From a bacterium (GTDB taxonomy: Bacteria > UBA8248), in assembly GCA_965213625.1 (NCBI GenBank), contig CBDBZU010000004.1, forward strand, positions 1,504,001 through 1,568,000: DNA of 64,000 bases. Reading direction: 5' to 3'. Shown here one piece after another: positions 19,988 to 29,767 of the stretch. The first letter of the stretch is position 1, and each line of letters begins with the position of its first letter. Both the position numbers and the translations under genes were made by a program. Under the pieces are notes generated by a model that did not search any database, had not been told where the DNA came from, and saw only the letters and a list, made by a program, of their open reading frames with translations.

Positions 19988-20710
19988 CTAGTTATCCCTT
20001 TTCGAAACAAACGCAGTAGCCCCTTCTAGGATAAAGTTCTTGATGTTTGCGATGACCATTATGTCTTCGCGCATCTTTCGACCAGCGGCGTGAATTCTGG
20101 CCGTGGTTTCCTCAACAACTTTTACCACGTCCGGATGCATTAGTTCGCCCGGATGGCCTAGTTCTTGGGCAAAATCTGCTGGCCCGAACATCATGTAATC
20201 AATACCTGGTACTGATAGGATATCATCAAGATTATTGATAGCATCCTGACTTTCAATCATGGCGCCAACCAGTATACTTTCATCGCATTTTTTCATAAAT
20301 GCAGGCATATCGTCGATTCCGCTCATATAGTTTGTTCCTCGACCGCCACCAAACGAACGCCGCCCCATGGGGCCAAACCTGCTTGCGTTGACCAATTGTT
20401 CGGCGTCTTTCTTGCTGGCAATGTGGGGGCCGATGATACCTCGAATTCCCCTGTCCAAGAATTGAGTGATGGTGCCATCAGAAATATCAGGAACCCGAGC
20501 AATCGGCGTCAGTCCAACTAGGTCGGCCGCTCGGCAGACGTTCTCAATCGACGGCATATCAAACACTCCGTGTTCACAGTCGAGGAAAACAAAATCCAGA
20601 CCCACCGGCTCCAACATATCAACAATTTCTGGGGACGGTACGGTTAGCCGGACTCCGTAGGCTTTTTTCCCAGCTTGAACAGCATCCTTAATCGCATTCT
20701 TAAAGATCAT
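19988..20710 (-). CDS. HpcH/HpaI aldolase family protein
   Basis: DFVFLDCEHG, FLDRG, RSFG, AMIES, GPADF; visibly more AT-rich than the flanks. Confidence 0.88.
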   Translation of the reverse strand: MIFKNAIKDAVQAGKKAYGVRLTVPSPEIVDMLEPVGLDFVFLDCEHGVFDMPSIENVCRAADLVGLTPIARVPDISDGTITQFLDRGIRGIIGPHIASKKDAEQLVNASRFGPMGRRSFGGGRGTNYMSGIDDMPAFMKKCDESILVGAMIESQDAINNLDDILSVPGIDYMMFGPADFAQELGHPGELMHPDVVKVVEETTARIHAAGRKMREDIMVIANIKNFILEGATAFVSKRDN

Positions 20711-20723
20711 CGGTCTTAAAACC

Positions 20724-20950
20724 TCATTCCTGCAAATGAGAGTACATGGGCTGTCCGGCAACGGGCATTTGAGCGACCAGCACTTTTCCATGTCCGTCCA
20801 GGATATACATGGTTTTGTTGTCGAGTCCTCCGTAGGCGATATTTGTGAGCTTATCGCTTGAGCAAGTTTCTATTCGATAGATCGGGAGTCCGATTTTGTT
20901 AAACACCCAAACCACGCCCATATTGGTTTGTACGCAAACGACATTGCCAT
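20724..20950 (-). pseudogene. SMP-30/gluconolactonase family C-terminal fragment
   Basis: DGNVVCVQTNMGVVWVFNKIG...TNIAYGGLDNKTMYI; the N-terminal part is missing and replaced by antisense ABC-transporter DNA. Confidence 0.7.
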
Positions 20951-22320
20951 CCGGCGACCTGGCCATGTCGGGAATGACATTCCAGAATCTTCGCGATGGC
21001 TTGCAGGGAGTCGTCGCCAACAGCTTTCTGTCGATTATATTTCTGATTCCGGTTTTTGGCGTCATTTTTTTGTACGACGCCATCCTCGGCGTCATCACCC
21101 TCGTCTTCAGCCTGGCTTCCCTGCTGGTCACCGTAGTCCTCGGGTGGCGCCAGATTTCACCTTATGGGCGGATGCTCAGCGCAGCGCGTCGCGTAGCCGG
21201 CCGACTGTTCCAGATCGTGGGGGGCATCTCCAAGCTGCGAATGGATAATGCGGAAGGGTCGGCTTACGCCATCTGGGCGAGGGGCTATCGTGAGCAGAAG
21301 CGCGCGGAGATAGAACTGGGCGCGCTCGAGGGACATTCGCGCGCATTCGGCGCCGCGCTCCCTTTTCTTGCCGGCGGGGTGCTGCTTTTTTCGGTGGTGG
21401 CGGTCGAAGACCGAAACATTCCGGTCGGCGATTTTCTCGTCGTTTACACGGTCTTTATCGTTTTCCAGTCCGCCATCGCCCGGCTCGGCGAGTCCTTCGG
21501 CGCAATTGCCGCCATGCGTCCGGCGTTCCAGCAGATGCGTCCGCTGCTCTCCGCAGTCCCTGAAACCGTGACGGAAGGAGAGCCGGTTGAATACCTGGGC
21601 GGTGAAATACTGTTCGACCGCATTTCATTCCGCTACGATCCCGACGGTCCGTTGATTCTCGACGACGTCTCGATTCACGCCCGTCCCGGCGAATTCGTCG
21701 CGATTGCCGGTGAGTCCGGCGCAGGGAAGAGCACCCTGTTCCGCCTCGCGCTCGGTATCGACTTGCCGGCCGCCGGCGCGGTGTATTACGACGGCCGCGA
21801 CCTGAAGCACCTGAATCTGAAACAGGTGCGCAAGAAAATTGGCGCTGTGCCGCAATCCGTCGGGCTCCATCCACAGGATCTCTGGGACAATCTGGTCAGT
21901 CACCATGATGCGGTGACGATCGATGAAGTATGGTCGGCGGTCCGTACCGCCGAAGTTGAAGCCCAAATCAAGGACATGCCCATGGGCATGATGACCATGG
22001 TGGGCACCAGCGGGTCTGTCCTGTCGGGCGGCGAGAGCCAGCGCATCACCATCGCCCGCTCGGTGATCGGCAGCCCGCGAATCATGTTGCTGGACGAGGC
22101 GACGAACTGGCTGGATAACGAAAGCCAGGCCAAGATAATGCAAAACCTTGCCGCCCTGACTTCCACCCGCCTCGTCATTGCCCACCGCCTGTCCACGCTG
22201 GAACAGGCCGACCGCATCTACGTGCTGCAAGCCGGGAAAGTCGTACAAAGCGGTTCCTTCAGCGAACTCAAGGAGGTGGACGGGGTATTCAAGGAATTGA
22301 TAAAAAGGCAAATCGCTTGA
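20947..22320 (+). pseudogene. NHLP-system ABC transporter (permease + ATPase), 5'-truncated
   Basis: begins inside the membrane domain at (P)SGDLAMSGMTFQ; Walker A GESGAGKST, LSGGESQR, LLDEAT, IAHRLST. Confidence 0.75.
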
Positions 22321-22395
22321 TCCGAATATGGAGACGATAACTCGGCGGAAAAAATGCATGTTCGGCCAAGGCCCGCGAATATGGAGTAGATATCG

Positions 22396-23697
22396 ATGAA
22401 GAAGCCTTTTGGCCTGGTTGATTCCCTCATATCGCGAGCTGGCGGCGACTACGAATTCCGGGAACGTCTTCTCGCCAAGCCCAAAGAGACCATCGAAGCG
22501 GAATTTGGCGTGTCGATGGCCGAAGACCATGAGATTCACGTACACGAAGAAACCTATACCACGACGCACCTCGTCCTTCCGCCGCGCAGCAAATTCACCG
22601 AGGCCGAACGGGAGGAGGCGAAAACCGGCGCGGAATCGCTCGAGTTTCTTCGCAAAACGATGCACGACCCCGCGCCGCCCCTTCGTCCGCCAAAACTTCA
22701 AGGGGAGAGAACCCCGAAGAACGCCGCGACCACCGGGGCGCTGGCGAAAGCGGGTGGAGAAAGCATCCGCCGCGGTCTTGGTTTCCTGGAATCCACGATA
22801 GACGAGAACGGAGCCTGGCATTGTATCCGGTTCAACTTGGGCGATCCGGATATACCGAGGCATTTCGAAAGACCTCCCTTTATTTCGGCTTTCTGCGCCC
22901 TGGCTCTCGAATGTTGCGAGGAAGCGCGCGCCAGGGCCATATGCGCTGCGACAAGGGCGTATCTCGTCGACACTATCGAATATCCCGGATTGTGGCGCTA
23001 TTATCGCCACCTGCCCCAGGATCTCGACAGCACCGCACTGTGTTCACTCGTGATTGGAGGCCACCTCTGGATTTTACTGGGGAGGAACGTTCCGCAGATA
23101 CTGGCGAATCGCGACGAGGAAGGCCGCTTCATGACCTGGGTTCTCGAAGACGACGAACCCGATGTGGTATCGCGCTTTCGTATCGAAGCCGACCCTGTAG
23201 TCAATGCGAACGTCATTGCCTATCTCGGCGACTGTCCAGAAACCAGGGATGCCCAAAGGTGGCTGGAAGCCTTGATAACCGAAGGCAATCTCGAGGGATC
23301 GTCGAAATGGTATCCCGACGAGGTCGCGATCTGCTATGCGACCGCCCGCGCCATGATTCGCGCACGGCCCGCTCTCGACCGGCTGCGCCCGATACTAGCG
23401 GAGCGCATCCTGGGCTTGCGGGACGAGGAAGGGGAATTCGGCAACATCCTCCAAACGGCTCAGGCCGTCTCGGCGCTCCATCATGTTGGACGCCTCGACG
23501 GCGTCGACGCGAAACGCGAGGTGGAGAGGTTCACGGGTTCGCAGCGTGAGGACGGTAGCTGGCCGGAGCTTCTCGCGTTTGGCGACCAAACGTTGAAGTG
23601 GGGTACGGTAGGGCGGATAGGACATGGCTCAGAATCCGTGACCACGGCGTTTTGTATCGAAGCTCTCGAACGTCTCCTCGCAATCTTGCGGACCTGA
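22396..23697 (+). CDS. NHLP-leader domain fused to a class II terpene cyclase/prenyltransferase-like alpha-barrel
   Basis: residues 1-78 are colinear with the precursor leader; QW-like repeats (FLESTIDENGAW, SQREDGSW, LRDEEGEF); DxDD-like PQDLDSTAL. Confidence 0.75.
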   Translation: MKKPFGLVDSLISRAGGDYEFRERLLAKPKETIEAEFGVSMAEDHEIHVHEETYTTTHLVLPPRSKFTEAEREEAKTGAESLEFLRKTMHDPAPPLRPPKLQGERTPKNAATTGALAKAGGESIRRGLGFLESTIDENGAWHCIRFNLGDPDIPRHFERPPFISAFCALALECCEEARARAICAATRAYLVDTIEYPGLWRYYRHLPQDLDSTALCSLVIGGHLWILLGRNVPQILANRDEEGRFMTWVLEDDEPDVVSRFRIEADPVVNANVIAYLGDCPETRDAQRWLEALITEGNLEGSSKWYPDEVAICYATARAMIRARPALDRLRPILAERILGLRDEEGEFGNILQTAQAVSALHHVGRLDGVDAKREVERFTGSQREDGSWPELLAFGDQTLKWGTVGRIGHGSESVTTAFCIEALERLLAILRT

Positions 23698-23779
23698 AAT
23701 TCCTTGCAGGTTCAGGTATTCGGGGATAAAATATCGTCCGGCCTGAGGGTTCAAATCTGTTTACTGTAAAGGAGCTGAC

Positions 23780-26176
23780 ATGCCACAAAGTCCCGTAGCA
23801 AGTGGTGGCTCCGGTCTAGGCGACGCCGAAGCCGTTCAGCGTATCGAGCCGTCCATTCTGACCGCTCTTCCGCATTATCTGCCATTGGTCGTTTTTCCGC
23901 TGATTCTTCTCGGCGCGTACAATGGAGGCTGGTGGTTGCTGCCGCCGCTCGTTTTTATGAGTGTTGCGGGGTCGCTTGATAAGGTGCTGGGTCGGGACGG
24001 ACAAAACATGGACCCGGCGAATACGTCGGAGCACCGCCTGTTCTGGCACAATCTGCCGGTCTGGTCGTGGTCGTTTCTGTGGCCGCCGACGCTCATTTTC
24101 GGTATGTGGCAAATCCTGGCGGCGGATCAATTCTCCATCTGGGAAGGCGTGCTCCTGGCGATCATCCTGACGATGGAAGCGCAAGCCGTATTCGTAGTCG
24201 GCCACGAAATGATTCACCGGCGCACGACCTGGGAACGCCGGGTGGGCGAATTCCTGCTCGCCACCGTCTCCTATCCGCAATACGCCACGGAGCACGTCTA
24301 TATTCACCATGCCCTGGTCGGCACGCCGTATGACGTCGGGTCCGCTCCGAAGGGGGAAAGTTTCTGGAGATATCTACCCAAGGAAGTTGTCAGCAACCTC
24401 GTCCATTCCTGGGAAGTCGCAAGAGAACGCTTGGCGCGGCGGCGTTTGCCCGTGTGGCATTACGACAATCCGTTCTGGCGCTACGTCGTCGGCGTCGCGT
24501 TCTGGTACGGACTGGTTTACTGGATGGGCGGGATCTGGGCCGTTCCCGTCTTCGTCTTCCTCGGTCTGTCCTGCGTCTTTTCGATGAAGATGAGCAACTA
24601 CTTTCAACACTACGGCCTGCGCCGGGTCCGTCTGGACAACGGTCGCTGGGAAAAGGCGATGCCGCGCCATTCCTGGAGCGCGGACTGGAAGTTCAGCAAC
24701 TGGATGTTTTTCAATATGCAGCGCCATGCGGATCATCATGCGGTGGCGTCGCGCCAGTATCCGCTGCTGCAGGTCAGCGGCCTCGATGAGTCGCCGGAGT
24801 TGCCGGGAACCTACGCCGACATGATGAACATCGTGCTGCGGCCCAAGCGCTGGTTCGAGAAGATGGACCCGCTGGTGGACCAATGGCGCGAACATTTCTA
24901 TCCGGAGGTTGACGACTGGGGCCCCTACGACAGCCCGATTGCCGCGGCGCGGCCCGACGCCTTTGACGCGATACTCGAAATCTTCGGCGCCGCCCCGAGG
25001 CTTGCCAAACGGGTTGAGCGGAACCCGGAACTTCTGGACAACCTGCAAGACCAGGAATTCCTCGACCTCGACCTGCCGAAGGGGTTCGGGCCGGATGATG
25101 AATACGAATCGATTGCGCGGCGCGGGCTTGCGAGAGTCTACTGGACTTACGAAATGGACGTTCAGGAATTGAAGGGTCTGGTCGCCGAACTGCCGGTGGC
25201 CGATGCGAGGGAGACCGCTGAAATCGTGCGAAACTGGTCGAACGACAAGGCGTTTCAGATCGGTATGCACGTGATGCGCGGAAACCTGTTGCCAGCGGAA
25301 GCGAGAACGGCGCTGTCGAATCTCGCCGAAGCATCGGTTGCGACCGTGCTCGCCTCCGTGGTCGCGGATTATGTCGACCGGTTCGGAATGCTGAGTGTGG
25401 GTGGAGTCGCTGCCGTTTTCCTGGGCGATCTGGCCAGCCGGGAAGCTTATCCCGGTGTTGGAATCGATATGCTGCTCGTCCATGACGGTCTGCGGTCCGG
25501 CAAAAACGAACAAGTGTGCCAAAGTTTCCGAGATGCCCTGACCGACCTGGCGCAGGACAGCCTGTTGTTCTCTCCGGTCCCGCCCGGCTCGAATTCCATT
25601 CTTGAGTTGCCGCTTTCCGAACTGGCCGAACATTATGGAGATTCGACTTCAGGCGAAGTGCCCGCCCTCACCAGGGCGCGTTGCGTGTTCGAGTATGGCG
25701 GTTCCGATATCGAAGGTCGCTTCGATGAGGCGCGGCGCCGGGTACTGGCCGAATGCAGGGCGAACGAGTCTTTGCTCGCCCGGTTGAGCGAGCGGACGGA
25801 AGACCCTGCCGAAACAGGCGTGTCCGCATACGCCCGGATGCGCGGCGGGCTGAACGATGTCGAGAAGGTCGCGCGTTACCTGCAGTTGGTGCGCGCCGGA
25901 AGCGACTTCGACGATCCGGCGCCGACCGCCGCGGCGGTGTTCGAAGCCGCAGGCGCCGAGCCGCTGGCGCAAGCCGCGGCCATGTGGCGGGATTTACAGG
26001 GCGTCATGCGCCTTGTCGGCGAGGAAGGGTTCGACGCGACGGCGGCAGGGCCGAAGGTCAAATCTCTTGTTGCGAACGCTTGCGGTCAGGAGGATTTCGA
26101 TGCGCTGGCGTCGGCGGTCGCCGAAACCGCATCCAGCGCCGCCGCCCGCATCGATACGCTCGTTTCGCGTGCATGA
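23780..26176 (+). CDS. AlkB-type membrane di-iron hydroxylase/desaturase fused to a GlnE-like domain
   Basis: GHEMIH, EHVYIHH, NYFQHYGL, QRHADHH; C-terminal LGDLASRE...GIDML, ALTRARCV, RGGLNDVEKVARYLQL; RBS AAGGAG. Confidence 0.8.
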   Translation: MPQSPVASGGSGLGDAEAVQRIEPSILTALPHYLPLVVFPLILLGAYNGGWWLLPPLVFMSVAGSLDKVLGRDGQNMDPANTSEHRLFWHNLPVWSWSFLWPPTLIFGMWQILAADQFSIWEGVLLAIILTMEAQAVFVVGHEMIHRRTTWERRVGEFLLATVSYPQYATEHVYIHHALVGTPYDVGSAPKGESFWRYLPKEVVSNLVHSWEVARERLARRRLPVWHYDNPFWRYVVGVAFWYGLVYWMGGIWAVPVFVFLGLSCVFSMKMSNYFQHYGLRRVRLDNGRWEKAMPRHSWSADWKFSNWMFFNMQRHADHHAVASRQYPLLQVSGLDESPELPGTYADMMNIVLRPKRWFEKMDPLVDQWREHFYPEVDDWGPYDSPIAAARPDAFDAILEIFGAAPRLAKRVERNPELLDNLQDQEFLDLDLPKGFGPDDEYESIARRGLARVYWTYEMDVQELKGLVAELPVADARETAEIVRNWSNDKAFQIGMHVMRGNLLPAEARTALSNLAEASVATVLASVVADYVDRFGMLSVGGVAAVFLGDLASREAYPGVGIDMLLVHDGLRSGKNEQVCQSFRDALTDLAQDSLLFSPVPPGSNSILELPLSELAEHYGDSTSGEVPALTRARCVFEYGGSDIEGRFDEARRRVLAECRANESLLARLSERTEDPAETGVSAYARMRGGLNDVEKVARYLQLVRAGSDFDDPAPTAAAVFEAAGAEPLAQAAAMWRDLQGVMRLVGEEGFDATAAGPKVKSLVANACGQEDFDALASAVAETASSAAARIDTLVSRA

Positions 26177-28527
26177 AGGCGCCGATTGAGCAGACGCGGA
26201 ATTCCCGCAAGACGTCGCAGACGAAAATGAATCCAAGACGCGGGATATTGACGAAAACGACCCCAGCGGACGAAGGCCTCGTCGAGTTCCCCGCGCTTAC
26301 CCCGCACCTGCAGTTCCACGAAATTGACGAGCAGCAGACGCTGCTGGTTTCCGAGTCGTTCGATACCCTGCTGCACGGCGGCCTGTATTGCGACCTGCTA
26401 CCGCTTCTGGGCGACCGGCGCCCGCTTGCCGGGATTGTCGCCGCCCTCGATGGCCGCCATGCCGCCGCTAACGTTCATGCGGCGGTTGTTTCACTCTCCG
26501 ACAGGGGCTACGTCGTCTCCGCCGATCATGGCATGGACCGACCTCGTGCGGCCTATTGGACCTCGCTCGGCGCATCGCCCCGCTGGGTCGAAGGGCGGCT
26601 GGCGGAATCGCGCATCGCGGTCGAAGGTGACGACGGCCGCCTCGTCCGGCATCTGGAAGAGAGCGGCGTCTGTGTGGCGGCCTGCGATCCACGGCTCACC
26701 GTTATCGTCTGCGACGATTATCTCGAAGCACGGTTTGAAGACGTGAATCGGCGCCGCCTCGAGGCGAGAGCGCCGTGGACGCTGGTGCGGCCGCACGGCA
26801 TGGAGGCGCTGTTCGGCCCCGTCTTCCGCGCGGATAGACAAGGACCCTGCTGGGAATGTCTGGTTCACCGCCTGCGCAGTCATAAGGAGGTCCACAATTT
26901 CCTGCGTAGCGTTGCCGGAGAGGAAGCCGCCTTCAAGCCGTTTGCGGCGGAGCCGACGGCGCTCGAAGCCTTGTACGGGCTGATAGCGGCCGAAATCGTC
27001 AAATGGCTGGTGCTGGAAGAGGCGGCCCCGATTCACGAGAGGGCAATAGCGATGAACCTCGGCTCGTTCACAAGTTCGCAGCACGCAGTGACGCGCCGCC
27101 CGCAGTGCCCGGCCTGTGGCGACGAGGCGTTGTACCGGCCGGACCGGCAGCCTGCGCCGCTGCGCCTGAAATCGAGTCCCAAAACCCATCGCAACAGCGG
27201 TGGTGCGCGGGCCGTGACGCCGGAAGCCACCCTGACGAAATACCGCCACTTGGTGAGCCCGATCAGCGGGGTCGTCACCTGGCTGACGCGCACTACCGAC
27301 GAGAGCGATTCCTGGCTGCACGTCTATTGGGCCGGAAGCAATCCCGCCACGAGAAGCCGGAGCCTGAGTTCGCTCAGGCGCAGCCTGCGCAGCAAGAGCG
27401 CCGGCAAGGGCAGCACGCGGGAACAATCCGAGGCCAGCGCCCTATGCGAGGCGCTAGAGCGTTATTCGGGCGCATATTGCGGAGACGAGATACGCATCCG
27501 CAAGCGATTCGTCGACTTCGCCGCAGAAGACGAGGCTATCCATCCCAACGATGCGCAGCTTTTCAGCGAGGGTCAGCTTGACGACGCGGAGAGGATCAAC
27601 GCGAAAGGCCACCCGTACAACATCGTCCCGCCGCGTCTCGAGCCCGATGCCGCAATCGACTGGACGCCCGTGTGGTCGTTCACGCAGCGGCGGCATCGCT
27701 ATCTGCCGACGTCGATGCTCTACAGCATGTCTGCCGAACAGCGCGGAGATGCCGAACTGATTGCCGACTCGAACGGCTGCGCCGCAGGGAACATCCTGGA
27801 GGAGGCCATCCTGCAAGGCTTCTATGAACTGGTCGAGCGCGATGCGTTCGCCATCTGGTGGTATAACGGGCTGAGAGCGCCCGGGGTCGATCTCTCCAGT
27901 TTTGATGATGAATTCCTGGCATCGGCCGCGGATTATTATGGTCGCTACGAGCGGGAAGTGTGGATGCTCGACGTTACTTCCGACATTGGTATCCCTTCGT
28001 TCGTTGCGCTCTCGCGCAGACCGGACGCGGAAACCGAGGACATCATATACGGCGCAGGCGCTCATGCCGACCCGCGACTGGCGGCCCTGCGCGCGATTTG
28101 CGAGTTGAACCAATGTCTTACCTGGCTGCCGCGTCCCGGAAGGGGCGACGGCCGGCCGATGATCGACGATCCCTTGGCGCTCACGTGGTGGAAGACAGCT
28201 CGAATCGCCGATTGTTCCTGGCTGGCGTCGGCGCCGGACGCGCCGCTCAAGCAAGGCTCACAGTATCCGGTGATCGAATCCGCGGACACGCTTGAGGATG
28301 TGGAACATTGCCGATCGTTGGTGGAAGCCAGGGGCATGGAGTTCCTCGTGCTGGACCAGACCCGGCCGGACATCGGTATGCCGGTTGCGCGGGTCATCGT
28401 ACCGGGCATGCGTCATTTTTGGCCAAGATTCGCGCCCGGGCGCCTGTACGACGTTCCTGTCGGCATGGGCCGCCTGAAGCGCTCCCTGGCCGAAGCCGAT
28501 TTGAATCCCGCACCCGTGATCGCGTAA
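26173..28527 (+). CDS. TOMM leader-binding (E1-like) + YcaO cyclodehydratase fusion
   Basis: GPVF...GPCWECL, CPAC, SAGKG, EALERYS, SNGCAAG, ELVERD, Pro-rich C-terminus NPAPVIA; ATG at 26173 overlaps the upstream TGA (the ORF-track extension to 25753 is unlikely). Confidence 0.92.
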   Translation: MKAPIEQTRNSRKTSQTKMNPRRGILTKTTPADEGLVEFPALTPHLQFHEIDEQQTLLVSESFDTLLHGGLYCDLLPLLGDRRPLAGIVAALDGRHAAANVHAAVVSLSDRGYVVSADHGMDRPRAAYWTSLGASPRWVEGRLAESRIAVEGDDGRLVRHLEESGVCVAACDPRLTVIVCDDYLEARFEDVNRRRLEARAPWTLVRPHGMEALFGPVFRADRQGPCWECLVHRLRSHKEVHNFLRSVAGEEAAFKPFAAEPTALEALYGLIAAEIVKWLVLEEAAPIHERAIAMNLGSFTSSQHAVTRRPQCPACGDEALYRPDRQPAPLRLKSSPKTHRNSGGARAVTPEATLTKYRHLVSPISGVVTWLTRTTDESDSWLHVYWAGSNPATRSRSLSSLRRSLRSKSAGKGSTREQSEASALCEALERYSGAYCGDEIRIRKRFVDFAAEDEAIHPNDAQLFSEGQLDDAERINAKGHPYNIVPPRLEPDAAIDWTPVWSFTQRRHRYLPTSMLYSMSAEQRGDAELIADSNGCAAGNILEEAILQGFYELVERDAFAIWWYNGLRAPGVDLSSFDDEFLASAADYYGRYEREVWMLDVTSDIGIPSFVALSRRPDAETEDIIYGAGAHADPRLAALRAICELNQCLTWLPRPGRGDGRPMIDDPLALTWWKTARIADCSWLASAPDAPLKQGSQYPVIESADTLEDVEHCRSLVEARGMEFLVLDQTRPDIGMPVARVIVPGMRHFWPRFAPGRLYDVPVGMGRLKRSLAEADLNPAPVIA

Positions 28528-28536
28528 GGAGGCAAT

Positions 28537-29655
28537 ATGGATATCGACGAAGCAGTCGCGCTTACCCAGGACCGCCTCGTCCAAGAAGGCGGCACCATGG
28601 CTGAATTGCTCGGGCAATTTCGAAGCAGAATTTCTCCGACTCTTATCGGAGAGCGGGAGTGGGGGCGCATACTGGAACGTGCGAGCCGACTTCCCATTAC
28701 CATGGGCGCCCAGCCGTTCGGCTTCGAACTGCCTCTGCATGACAGTCGGCCGGCGGCGGATTTCGGCGTCTCGCTGGCGAGCGGAAACCGGTCAGGCGAT
28801 TTTTTCGAGGAGCGGGCGCGGACCGACGAGGCGGATAAAACTGCGAGAGCGGTCAGGCGGCTGTTCAGGGAAATGGAAGCCCAGGACTCGCCTCTGCGAG
28901 AGATTGTGGGACGTAAATTGATGCTGGAATATGACATAGATTCGGCGCCGGGAAGTAAAGATTCGCTGCCGGGAATGTTCCTGCGGCCCAACGAACGCAC
29001 GTTATCCGGTGGCGACGGCCTCCAGACCGATGTCGGAGTCGTGGTTGACGCCCTCGTTTCCTGCGTCGGCTGGGAAAAGATAGCCGCTGAACGGAAAAAC
29101 GCCGAACGGGTTTACCTGGCGCAGCCGGAAGACACGCGCCTGGATTCTTTCGGGATATTCCCCTCTCGCGAACGCACAATCCGCCTGGCGATCATGGGCT
29201 TCAAATCACAGGGGGATATTTGTTCCTATCTCGAGAACATTGGCTGGCCGGGTCGGCTCTCGGCCGTAGACGCTTTGATTTCACGCTTCAAGGAACGCGC
29301 GGATATTGTGAGAACCGGAGCGAATGTTGACGTGCAGGCGGACGGTGTCGGTCCGACGCTCGGCCTGACGCTCATCGTCAAGCAGAGATATACGAAAGAT
29401 TCACGTTACTGGCTCGACGGCCTGACCGATTGGGACCCCTTTCTCGACGCCCTGAGCCATGAGGACTTTGTCGTTCCGGAAAAGATTGAGGCGCTTGCCG
29501 ATTGGGTTTCGAAACCGACGACTCTGTTCGCCAGGACCGGGCAGTTTCTCATGTTGCGCGGCATTCACCACATAAAACTGGTCATTTCCGGAAATCGGCT
29601 CAGGCAAGCCAAGGCCTATGTTTACATGGTGCTTTCCGGGGCCCTCTCCATTTGA
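28537..29655 (+). CDS. hypothetical RiPP maturase, putative ABBA-fold aromatic prenyltransferase
   Basis: AAGGAGG RBS; FGFEL..ADF, LMLEYD and HHIKL...AKAY resemble aromatic prenyltransferase strands; the function is inferred. Confidence 0.5.
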   Translation: MDIDEAVALTQDRLVQEGGTMAELLGQFRSRISPTLIGEREWGRILERASRLPITMGAQPFGFELPLHDSRPAADFGVSLASGNRSGDFFEERARTDEADKTARAVRRLFREMEAQDSPLREIVGRKLMLEYDIDSAPGSKDSLPGMFLRPNERTLSGGDGLQTDVGVVVDALVSCVGWEKIAAERKNAERVYLAQPEDTRLDSFGIFPSRERTIRLAIMGFKSQGDICSYLENIGWPGRLSAVDALISRFKERADIVRTGANVDVQADGVGPTLGLTLIVKQRYTKDSRYWLDGLTDWDPFLDALSHEDFVVPEKIEALADWVSKPTTLFARTGQFLMLRGIHHIKLVISGNRLRQAKAYVYMVLSGALSI

Positions 29656-29674
29656 GAGCCGCTTTCGCAAGGCG

Positions 29675-29717
29675 AAGTAAAAATCCCCCCGCCGATGACG
29701 AGCGGGGGGTTTTACTT
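29675..29717. terminator. probable bidirectional intrinsic terminator
   Basis: AAGTAAAAATCCCCCCGC-loop-GCGGGGGGTTTTACTT between convergent genes. Confidence 0.8.
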
Positions 29718-29767
29718 GATAAGTCTTGCGGATGCGAGGCATCCGCGCGCCGGCAGGTGTTTCTGGT

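Noticed and set aside
25753-26172. N-terminal extension of the YcaO ORF
   Set aside because: It overlaps the AlkB-GlnE gene in another frame with Arg-rich shadow composition; the ATGA-coupled start at 26173 is more plausible.
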